The position numbers and the translations under genes are program-made. Positions 48,470 to 56,177 of a stretch of 64,000 nucleotides of DNA are shown piece after piece; the stretch's first letter is position 1, and each line of letters starts with the position of its first letter. A model generated the notes under the pieces. The model saw nothing but the letters and a program-made list of their open reading frames with translations. It had not been told where the DNA came from and searched no databases. This DNA is from a virus: the IMG/VR virus record IMGVR_UViG_3300029922_000015, positions 32,001-96,000 of that record. One strand, written 5' to 3'.

Positions 48470-48544
48470 TGGTGGGCCATGACAATTACGATATGTCAAC
48501 TTACGGGTTAAGAATCCGTTACTCTTCCTTTGAGTTAATGGCCC
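48470..48544 (-). tRNA. tRNA-Lys(CTT)
   Basis: Cloverleaf with atypical T-arm, CCA. Confidence 0.8.
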
Positions 48545-48548
48545 AAAA

Positions 48549-48636
48549 TGGAGGACGCGACAGGATTCGAACCTGTGATGGCATTTACGCACGAGGTTAA
48601 AAGTCTCGTCTATTCGACCGCTATAGTAACGCATCC
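48549..48636 (-). tRNA. tRNA(TTT), nominally Lys, with long V-arm
   Basis: Loop CTTTTAA; 15-nt variable arm; U73. Confidence 0.8.
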
Positions 48637-48641
48637 AAAAA

Positions 48642-48718
48642 TGGTAGCCGAAAAGGGAGTCGAACCCTTAAAATCGAAGATTTGAATTTCGCACGTATGC
48701 CAATTCCGTCATTCGGCC
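48642..48718 (-). tRNA. tRNA-Leu(CAA) lacking the V-arm
   Basis: Leu-type D-arm, A73, 5-nt variable loop. Confidence 0.8.
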
Positions 48719-48723
48719 AATAA

Positions 48724-48812
48724 ATCGGAGCAAGTGTTTTGTTATTAAACTACCTCGGTTCACCATTTAAGGCGCAGGGGTGAGGAATAGATTCGGACTA
48801 TTATTTCTTGCA
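48724..48812 (-). ncRNA. Circularly permuted tRNA mimic (YrlA-like) 3
   Basis: GCAAG, AATAG-TCCGAAT-CTATT, CCTC...GAGG, GTTT-AATAACA-AAAC, CTTGC. Confidence 0.7.
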
Positions 48813-48817
48813 AAATC

Positions 48818-48886
48818 ATCGTCAAGCATTTTACTATTAAACTATGGCATATAGCCACTAAGGATTTGCACCTAGAACTCCTGACT
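48818..48886 (-). ncRNA. Circularly permuted tRNA mimic (YrlA-like) 4; near-duplicate of 47389-47457
   Basis: Same architecture and nearly identical sequence. Confidence 0.7.
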
Positions 48887-49424
48887 GAAAATTATTCGCT
48901 ACTAATATACAGAATCTAACAAATTCCTCTTGAGATTGAGCCATCTTCATTTCATTAATCTGTTTATGTACCCACTGGACATTATCTAATGTGTAGCCTT
49001 TGGAAGAATCCTTTCTATCTAAAGAGGCCGTTCTATCAAAAGCGGTACGCTTGGTTCCAAAAATCAAAGGCAATCCTGTTAAAGCACATTTTCCATCTTG
49101 TTTTAAAAATAAATTCCAAACTTGTTCTATAGAAATATCTAATTCTAAATTTCTAGATACTGCACCTCGTTTTAATACTGTCCAAAATGATTGGGATATT
49201 TCTTCGTATCCTTTCCAATCTTTGTGATTCTTACCTGTACGCTTAACTATACATCCACAACTTTTGGTTCTACATAACGAATCACTTCTAATATTTTTTT
49301 CAGACTTGCAAAAATTACATTTGCAGTTCCAAATCAAATGGCCTCTTGGACTTTTTCCGACGCACTCTAAAACAGTAATCGATCCGTACTGTTTACCTAT
49401 CAAATGAGTTTTATAATCTATCAT
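48858..49424 (-). CDS. His-Me finger homing endonuclease
   Basis: CALTG; SLDRKDSSKGYTLDNVQWVH; paralogue of 10622-11170. Confidence 0.8.
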   Translation of the reverse strand: MIDYKTHLIGKQYGSITVLECVGKSPRGHLIWNCKCNFCKSEKNIRSDSLCRTKSCGCIVKRTGKNHKDWKGYEEISQSFWTVLKRGAVSRNLELDISIEQVWNLFLKQDGKCALTGLPLIFGTKRTAFDRTASLDRKDSSKGYTLDNVQWVHKQINEMKMAQSQEEFVRFCILVANNFQSGVLGANP

Positions 49425-49467
49425 AAAAAGGATTACACCTTATTGCCGACTTAGAGAGTTTTAAAAG

Positions 49468-49542
49468 TGGTGCAAGTAGGCAGAAGTCGAACTGCCGATT
49501 CAGCTTTGGCAAAGCCGTAGGATACCATTTCCTCATACTTGC
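49468..49542 (-). tRNA. tRNA-Gly(GCC)
   Basis: Cloverleaf, A73, CCA. Confidence 0.85.
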
Positions 49543-49546
49543 GAAA

Positions 49547-49897
49547 TCATAAGGCTGCTAATCCAATTACGGACGCTTTACTTAGCTTCTCCATAGAAGC
49601 ACCTATAAATTGTGGGAAGCTGCTATAAGTAAACTTCTCTCGAAGTTCGCTGTTGTAACAGCCTCCCTAACTAACATAGGACTATCAGCGTCTCACGATT
49701 TCATTCGATTTTGACACTTTCCTATATAAAAGAACAAATTCTCATGGGGTAAGCCAAAATTTGTTACACTTTCTAGCGAGACTCGCTCGCCTTAACCCAA
49801 GTCCGCCTTACCGCGCTCGGATAGTGCTTTCTCGTTGCATCCCACTCTTTCGAAGTAGTCCGCGTGCGCCATTAAGCCGGGGCACGGAGGCAAATCT
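49547..49897 (-). ncRNA. Structured non-coding leader RNA(s) at the start of the tRNA array
   Basis: No long ORF; many stems (GACGCT/AGCGTC, GAGGCTGTTA/TAGCAGCTTC, AACAAATT/AATTTGTT). Confidence 0.45.
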
Positions 49898-49905
49898 GTA
49901 AAACT

Positions 49906-49938
49906 AAAAAACCCTTAAAAGCTTTTGCTTCTAAGGGT
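49906..49938 (-). terminator. Attenuator terminator
   Basis: ACCCTTAGAAGC-AAAA-GCTTTTAAGGGT followed by TTTTT. Confidence 0.8.
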
Positions 49939-49972
49939 GTAAATCACTAACTCTAAACACTTTACACCCTTA
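49932..49972 (-). promoter_or_regulatory. Antiterminator hairpin
   Basis: TAAGGGTGTAAA/TTTACACCCTTA perfect 12-bp stem sharing ACCCTTA with the terminator. Confidence 0.75.
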
Positions 49973-50092
49973 TAGTCTATCTCCGGTATTAAAGGCCCAT
50001 TGATAACTTGGGCGCAATGAGAAGGAGACAGAGGATTCCGTAATCGGGCAACCCTTTTTCGCTTCTGCTTTAATATTTTTCAGTGTCTTCAT
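49970..50092 (-). CDS. Putative attenuator leader peptide (40 aa)
   Basis: MKTLKNIKAEAKKGCPITESSVSFSLRPSYQWAFNTGDRL*; stop TAA begins the antiterminator. Confidence 0.7.
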   Translation of the reverse strand: MKTLKNIKAEAKKGCPITESSVSFSLRPSYQWAFNTGDRL

Positions 50093-50123
50093 CTAAAATC
50101 TTTTCTCTTCTTACTATTCCACC

Positions 50124-50151
50124 ATTATTCACACTTTGGGAAATTTGTCAA
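50124..50151 (-). promoter_or_regulatory. Sigma70-like promoter of the leader/tRNA array
   Basis: TTGACA-N16-AATAAT. Confidence 0.6.
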
Positions 50152-50212
50152 CTACTTTTTTCAACTTTCTTTTTCGTGAGCGGCGGAACGTCTGCTTAAA
50201 CCATCTACTATC

Positions 50213-50241
50213 ATCTTATGCTTTTTTGATCGGTTTGTCAA
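50213..50241 (-). promoter_or_regulatory. Sigma70-like promoter with GATCAAAAA spacer box
   Basis: TTGACA-AACCGATCAAAAAAGCA-TAAGAT. Confidence 0.6.
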
Positions 50242-50461
50242 TTCTTTTTTCGATTTTCTTCAAGACGCTCGAAGGGAACGTTCTCTTCCAGAGCTATTCC
50301 ATCGCGTCCGACTCTCATAATATGACAACGCGGGCGAGAAACCTCTAAGTCAATTTCCAATGGCTTAATTTGTTTAATTAACGTTTTCTCAAAATATTCG
50401 AGTAAACGTTCCGTAATCCTAACTAATTGGATGAGTACAGCAATTTTTAATCGTCTCATGG

Positions 50462-50881
50462 TTATCCGTGGAATGCGTTGAATGTTGTATTGTAACTATC
50501 AAATAAATTCTTGATCTTCTCTGAACCGACAGGATTCATCGAGTGAACGTGAATCTCTGGAAGCTTCAAGCGATGGTGAAGACAATACTCGAAAAGGAAT
50601 TGGGCGCAGTGATAGCCAGTCTTTTCTTTGACCGAATCGTAAAACTTGTCTTCTCCTGTATAAAGAACGCGCCCACTAACATAAGCTTGATAATGCTCGT
50701 CGGCCAAATCGTGATCGAAGGAAACCTTTTCAGGAACTCCCTTATCCATGATCGTTTTACAAAAATCGTGGTAGTTCCGAACCACAAGAATATTCGTAAG
50801 GGGGAAGAACTTGTCTTCAAAGTCTCCCCACTTTACGTTCTTAGGTTCTCTAACGTCGTCAAGAAATAACTTATAAGACAT
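50462..50881 (-). CDS. Cyclic-phosphate-processing receiver domain protein (RNA repair-associated)
   Basis: LFLDDVR, VRNY, SFDHDL, TGY and VHSMNPVG motifs. Confidence 0.8.
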   Translation of the reverse strand: MSYKLFLDDVREPKNVKWGDFEDKFFPLTNILVVRNYHDFCKTIMDKGVPEKVSFDHDLADEHYQAYVSGRVLYTGEDKFYDSVKEKTGYHCAQFLFEYCLHHRLKLPEIHVHSMNPVGSEKIKNLFDSYNTTFNAFHG

Positions 50882-51036
50882 CGGGTTTTTTTAATCCCTT
50901 TAAATAACTAATTAAACATTCGGCTTGCTCTTGAGATTGTTTATCTAAGTCTTCTTCAAGCATCTTATTAGGAAGCACGCTGTCAATATTCCATTGACGA
51001 TAAGCCTGAATCAGGTCTTTCTTTTTAATTTTCACG

Positions 51037-51348
51037 TTAAGCCTTTGGATTTCGTTTACGTTTCTTAGGAGCTTCTAATAGAGTTTTCTCGTATTGTACT
51101 TTGATATCGGTAAGCGCCGCCACTTGATCTTGAAGTTCTTTATTTTTGACAACTAGAATATCAGCCTCTCTAGATTTAGCGGCCCATTGCGCCTCTTGCC
51201 CTTTAATCCACTCGGAGGTTTTCTTATCGTCTTGAACGTAAGTTTCTATACTAGCTTTTAAATAGTTAGTGTTGCTTTCATAAACCCTACTACTTCTTAA
51301 AATAACAAATAACAAAATACCAATAATAACTAATAATACTATAATCAT
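51037..51348 (-). CDS. Membrane-anchored coiled-coil protein
   Basis: N-terminal TM helix then coiled coil. Confidence 0.55.
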   Translation of the reverse strand: MIIVLLVIIGILLFVILRSSRVYESNTNYLKASIETYVQDDKKTSEWIKGQEAQWAAKSREADILVVKNKELQDQVAALTDIKVQYEKTLLEAPKKRKRNPKA

Positions 51349-51718
51349 AATTTAAAATCCCTCAAATTCCGGTAGAGCTTCAAGCTCTTCCTCTGTCATT
51401 TCTACAACTTCCATGTTTATTTTAACTTCTCCCTCAACATCAGACAAGAAATCGTCTCGCCCAAGCCCGTCTTGGATAATATCCAACATTTCCTCGTAGC
51501 TAGTTGCTACAACGAATCCCGAACTTTCATCCAAACTAATTTTTAAAACTTTCATATCTTCTTTCTTTTTACTAGCTCCATGTATGCCATAAACGCCTCC
51601 GTACAGTTATCGGCATATTCTTTAATTTCTTCTTCAGAACTTTCTTTATTTAACCAATGAATATCATAATCCATAAACCAATTACGATATACTTTTCGCA
51701 CTTCTCTTTTGGTTATAT

Positions 51719-52795
51719 TCATAGCTTTGCCAAAATTTGATCTGTAGTTTTCTCCCAAGTAAATTCAGTTTGAAGATTAAGGCCCGCTTCGTTGATCGGA
51801 TTCTTTTTAAATTTTTCTTCCGCTATTTCACAGGCGGTTAGAAAATCATTTTCATTCCAAGTAAAATAAGAGCCTTGATTGAAGGGTTGATTGGGATGAA
51901 AGAACACTCCATCATAAACATTGTCTTTGCCCGTAGGATCGACCAAGACAGCGTTACTTTCGTCGGCCCAAGCCTTATACCCGCTTACATTATGAATGAC
52001 AGCGTGCTTTCCTAAAGCCACGCATTGAAATTCGGGCAAACCGAACCCTTCACTTTTGGACATCCCCAAAATAATATCAATCGCATTCAGAACTTGATTG
52101 TATTCCGAGTTTGTCTTAACGAAAGGTAGGAAATTGATATTATTATAAACCTTGCCTTCTAATGCTTGAGCGATCAGCGCCTTATTTTGTTCTGGATTGA
52201 AGAAGGGGTTATAGACCGCTGCCTGAAGCATGTAATTTGGGTTGTTACCATATTTCTTAGCCCAAAGTTTCAAAACCTCAGTAGTCGATTTGCGCTTCTC
52301 CCACTTGCCAAGTAATCCAAAGGAAATAATGTTTTCAGGTACGAGTCGCTTGTTTAAGCGATGAAAATGCAGGCTATCGAATCCGAGTGGGACGTAAGTA
52401 ACGTTTTTAACACCGCTCGTTTCAAAAACTTCCTTGGCGTATGGACTGGAAACGAAAACGTTCTTTTGATTATTAAGAATGTTTACTTCGGTTTCAGTTA
52501 GGCCATCGCATTCATTGAAGGTAAATAAACTTTGCTCGTCGCTTACCTTATCTTGAGATTGACCAATATGCCAAATGCGAAAACCCTTATCTTTGGAGGA
52601 GTATCGGGCTAACGCGCGGCCAGAATTTTCCTGTAACCAAGTTGCGAATTCGGGCGATACTTTATCAAAAGCGGACAAATCGAATTGGGTGGGAAATAGA
52701 TTTACTTGGACGCCTTTATTAAAAAGGTCAAGCAAAATATTTACGGAAACATTTCCGAATGAAAGCTGATTGATTGGTGCTGAAAAATTAATCAT
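51719..52795 (-). CDS. GT4-family glycosyltransferase
   Basis: GKWEKRK; SKSEGFGLPEFQ. Confidence 0.85.
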   Translation of the reverse strand: MINFSAPINQLSFGNVSVNILLDLFNKGVQVNLFPTQFDLSAFDKVSPEFATWLQENSGRALARYSSKDKGFRIWHIGQSQDKVSDEQSLFTFNECDGLTETEVNILNNQKNVFVSSPYAKEVFETSGVKNVTYVPLGFDSLHFHRLNKRLVPENIISFGLLGKWEKRKSTTEVLKLWAKKYGNNPNYMLQAAVYNPFFNPEQNKALIAQALEGKVYNNINFLPFVKTNSEYNQVLNAIDIILGMSKSEGFGLPEFQCVALGKHAVIHNVSGYKAWADESNAVLVDPTGKDNVYDGVFFHPNQPFNQGSYFTWNENDFLTACEIAEEKFKKNPINEAGLNLQTEFTWEKTTDQILAKL

Positions 52796-53064
52796 TCGAT
52801 TTATAAATAAAAATTACTCTTTGAATATCTGCGGTTTTAGCGTCTCTAATTAGAACTTCAATCGCCTTGGTAAGAACGTCTAATCGATTATCGGTATAAT
52901 ATTTGGTAAGATAAGTAACACTACTAACCACATTTCCTTCTAAATCAATTCCAGCAAATCCGATTCTTTCCATTTCAGAAAGTTTTGGCCAAATAAGAGG
53001 GGGTCTTTTAAATTTATTTTCGTTTAAAAATTGAGAGATGAGCATATTCTATTATAGCAAAAAG

Positions 53065-53667
53065 TTACTCTTTTATCCACTGATTAAGAGTGTGATGTTT
53101 TTGTAAATAACGTTTTCCCTTGTTATACAAATTAATACATCCTTGAACCGACAAACCTAAACTCTTTGCAATATTATTAAAGGAATTCTGTGGTTTCGGC
53201 AAAAAGAATTTCATGTAAAAAATCTTAGCTAATCTTTTATCGGAATGCTTATTAAGAACGTCAAACACCAAATTAATTTCTTCGGTATAAGAAGGGTCGG
53301 GCTCGTAATAAACAACCGTGTCTAAAAAAGACTCCAAAGATTCCGACTTCATTGGCTCGAACTTTCTTAGTTTATTCGTGATGTTGAGAACGTTCTTGCA
53401 ATAAAAATCTACCTTATTCCCAAACCAAGTATTGAATTGGGATTTTTCTTTATCGTAATCCAGCACGGCTTGATACAAAAGATCGGACTTTCGCTCCATC
53501 ACGTCTTGAAAACACACGCCCGAAACCTGCAAAAGATTAGGCGCGTATTTCTTTACTATCGTGGCAAATAATCCGTTGTGTCTATTTTCCAATTCCATAA
53601 AAGCATCGGAATCGCAATCCTTTCGGATTTTTTCTATTAGGATTTCGTCGGTAAGTTCTTGAGCCAT
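53065..53667 (-). CDS. Sigma70-family RNA polymerase sigma factor
   Basis: TDE.LI, AF.EL, LYQAVLDYD...FNTW (region 2); SFNNIAKSLGLS (region 4 HTH). Confidence 0.8.
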   Translation of the reverse strand: MAQELTDEILIEKIRKDCDSDAFMELENRHNGLFATIVKKYAPNLLQVSGVCFQDVMERKSDLLYQAVLDYDKEKSQFNTWFGNKVDFYCKNVLNITNKLRKFEPMKSESLESFLDTVVYYEPDPSYTEEINLVFDVLNKHSDKRLAKIFYMKFFLPKPQNSFNNIAKSLGLSVQGCINLYNKGKRYLQKHHTLNQWIKE

Positions 53668-53673
53668 ACAATT

Positions 53674-54384
53674 TTAATGTTCTTCGTATTCTATTATTTT
53701 ATCTCTAAACTTTATTAAAGTCTTTTCTTTCGGTTTAACAGTTCTAATTCTATATTTTGCAACACTTTCAACATAAGCAGGTGTTAAATTATAAAATATA
53801 GCGATATCTACTATTCTCTTTTTTTTCTGTTCATATAAAACTCTAATTTCGTCTATAGTTTTCCAAGAAACGGTGTTTTTTTTATTTGAAGGAATTTCTT
53901 TTTCACATTCCTTTAAATGTTTTTTATAATTTTTGACATGTTCTTCTGAATGGCAATTTCTACACAATAAAATACATTTTTCCGCTTCTTCGATAACTTC
54001 TTCCCAAGGGGTATATAAATTACTCATCAATTGACTAATATTTTTATATTTATTATCTGGATTAACGTGATGAAAATCTAAAGCTTGAACGCATTTATTA
54101 TATCCACATTTACAACATTTATCTCCAAATAACTTAATTAAAAAACTTTTCCTTCTTTCTCTTTCTAGATGCGTTTTAATTTTAGTTTTGGGCGCTTTAC
54201 TTCTTTGATACTCTTGTCGTTTTTTTCTATCGCTAAAATTTTTGTCTAAATGATAAGCTACAAAATAACGAGGAAAATTTAATTCTTCGGATATTTCATT
54301 TATGGATTGATTAGGATGTTTTTTAACATAATTATCTATTATATCTTTTCTTTTATTAGCTTCTTCTATTGAAATTCTTTTCAT
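53674..54384 (-). CDS. HNH homing endonuclease
   Basis: CCKCGY...ALDFHH...KCILLCRNCH. Confidence 0.85.
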   Translation of the reverse strand: MKRISIEEANKRKDIIDNYVKKHPNQSINEISEELNFPRYFVAYHLDKNFSDRKKRQEYQRSKAPKTKIKTHLERERRKSFLIKLFGDKCCKCGYNKCVQALDFHHVNPDNKYKNISQLMSNLYTPWEEVIEEAEKCILLCRNCHSEEHVKNYKKHLKECEKEIPSNKKNTVSWKTIDEIRVLYEQKKKRIVDIAIFYNLTPAYVESVAKYRIRTVKPKEKTLIKFRDKIIEYEEH

Positions 54385-54434
54385 AAATACTATTACACCA
54401 TAATTTTAAAAAAATATGGAAATTGTTATGGTAT

Positions 54435-54809
54435 TTATTGTATTTTATCAAGGTTCTTTAGCCAAAGGCTCCTTAATTCTAAAAATTGTGTGTGTTCCAT
54501 GATATCTCCGTCCGAAAACCAGAGGAAATACCAATCTTTATCCGCAAATAAACCAATCGTTCTGTTTATAAATCCAATCATCTCTCTTTTATCTTCCAAC
54601 ATAAAAGGCTCGGTTTTAATTACCGGCTGAAACTTCGGTCTTTGTGTTAAAACCGTTGTCCAATAAATGTTATGATGAAAAATCGCGCTGATATGAATAA
54701 AATACTTTGTGTCCTCTACTGTCATTCCTTTATTTTCATATACCTCCGGCTTAAACTTAGATGCTAAATTTACAGCTTCAAATAAGGGAATAACTTGGTC
54801 ATCGGTCAT
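54435..54809 (-). CDS. Hypothetical protein
   Basis: ORF. Confidence 0.5.
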   Translation of the reverse strand: MTDDQVIPLFEAVNLASKFKPEVYENKGMTVEDTKYFIHISAIFHHNIYWTTVLTQRPKFQPVIKTEPFMLEDKREMIGFINRTIGLFADKDWYFLWFSDGDIMEHTQFLELRSLWLKNLDKIQ

Positions 54810-55253
54810 TTAGCCTTTAAGACGATCTTCTCTATCTTTTTTAACTTCGTCCTTTACTTTTTCGTATGGTAGTTTTTGGTCATTACTATAGCCGGTTCTA
54901 ATTTCTCTTAAATCGTCTAAAGAGGAAGGAAGTTTTCCTTCATTTATCATTTCTTGAGTTTCTAATAAACAAAGAAAATTCCAGACACAGGAAATGTCAT
55001 GCCTTTCGTCTGTATCTCCGTTCAAATGTTTAAAAGCATGTCTCAATCCCGAATCTAAATAACGAGATAGCGGAATTCCTTTACGCCAATTTGCTTTAGA
55101 ATATTTTTTGGCTCCAAGTTGGAAATGTTTCGCTACTAGAGCTAGGGCTCTAGGAGGCAATAAACTATAGTCACCTTTTTCGGTATTTACATCGCGAACG
55201 GCTCCGGTTTCGAATTTTTGACGCTCTCCGCTATCTTTAATAGAATATTCCAT
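54810..55253 (-). CDS. dATP/dGTP diphosphohydrolase (DUF5664-like)
   Basis: FETGAVRD, GAKKY..NWRKG, DS.LRH and ERH...WN motifs. Confidence 0.8.
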   Translation of the reverse strand: MEYSIKDSGERQKFETGAVRDVNTEKGDYSLLPPRALALVAKHFQLGAKKYSKANWRKGIPLSRYLDSGLRHAFKHLNGDTDERHDISCVWNFLCLLETQEMINEGKLPSSLDDLREIRTGYSNDQKLPYEKVKDEVKKDREDRLKG

Positions 55254-55257
55254 ATTT

Positions 55258-55503
55258 TTATTTCCCGGTCGGTCTATTATTCAATCCTTTTTCGGTAAGA
55301 ATTGCGGCTAAATCATCTACGTGTAAACAATCACATATACAGGCCGCTTGGTTCTGTGCGGGAATAGCAATTGCTCCATTACAATAATCGTTTCCCGGGA
55401 TAGCATCATGCAATACTCCAAATGAAGTAATTTTTCCGTTAGAAAAATCTAACTGTACGATCTTATCCCCATTCTTAGCTTCCCGTCCATTTCTATAATG
55501 CAT
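55258..55503 (-). CDS. Hypothetical protein
   Basis: MHYRNGREAKNGD start; Cys/His motif. Confidence 0.55.
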   Translation of the reverse strand: MHYRNGREAKNGDKIVQLDFSNGKITSFGVLHDAIPGNDYCNGAIAIPAQNQAACICDCLHVDDLAAILTEKGLNNRPTGK

Positions 55504-55531
55504 ATTTTCCTTTGGTTTAATTATCTTTCCT

Positions 55532-56176
55532 TTAATTTTTTGCCCCCGCTAGTCTTTGGGCTTCACGATCCGCGTCTCTAAATTTCAATCCTTGTTCGTC
55601 TCCTGCGCGATAAGAAGTCAAAGAATCATTTATAGCATTATAAGAGCAAGAAACTCCACTAGCATTTGCAGCAAATGTCATGGCATTAGCTGTATTGATA
55701 TTTAAGCTTCTAGCAACCAAGAAGGAATCTTGATTTGCGCCCAAGAATACAAATTGCCAATTATATTTTTCTTGTTGAAGCTTGATCATCTCGGCTATTT
55801 GTTCTCTTCGGAATTCCTTAGAAGAATTCTCACCACCATCGGTAATAACCAAAATAAGAACTCGCGCGGGGCGTTTATTCTCTGGAAGCTTGGACAAACG
55901 TTCTCCAACGTTATTGATGGTCTTACCAAGGGCGTCGTACAAAGCCGTCCAACCACGAGGAACAAGATTTAAATTAGGAACTAACGCTAAAGGTCTATTC
56001 TCATATTCAACATCATAACGATCATCAAATTGATAAAGATTTACCAAAACTTCGTCTGTTTTTACTTTGCGTTGTTCGGAAATAAAAGTATTAAATCCTC
56101 CCTCCATATCCGTTCTAATACTAGACATAGAACCAGAACGATCCAAGACTACACTGACTAATGTTTCATTTTTCAT
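55532..56176 (-). CDS. von Willebrand factor A domain protein
   Basis: MIDAS DRSGS, T.LYDA, ITDG.EN and FLGANQD motifs. Confidence 0.9.
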   Translation of the reverse strand: MKNETLVSVVLDRSGSMSSIRTDMEGGFNTFISEQRKVKTDEVLVNLYQFDDRYDVEYENRPLALVPNLNLVPRGWTALYDALGKTINNVGERLSKLPENKRPARVLILVITDGGENSSKEFRREQIAEMIKLQQEKYNWQFVFLGANQDSFLVARSLNINTANAMTFAANASGVSCSYNAINDSLTSYRAGDEQGLKFRDADREAQRLAGAKN

Positions 56177-56177
56177 A

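Noticed and set aside
47300-48886. Ordinary tRNAs formed from the 5' half of one permuted unit and the 3' half of the next
   Set aside because: Acceptor strands do not pair across units (e.g. TATGCCA vs CCTCACC) but do pair within each unit
55532-56176. Ro60/Rsr partner of the Y-like RNAs
   Set aside because: It is a stand-alone vWA domain without a TROVE domain
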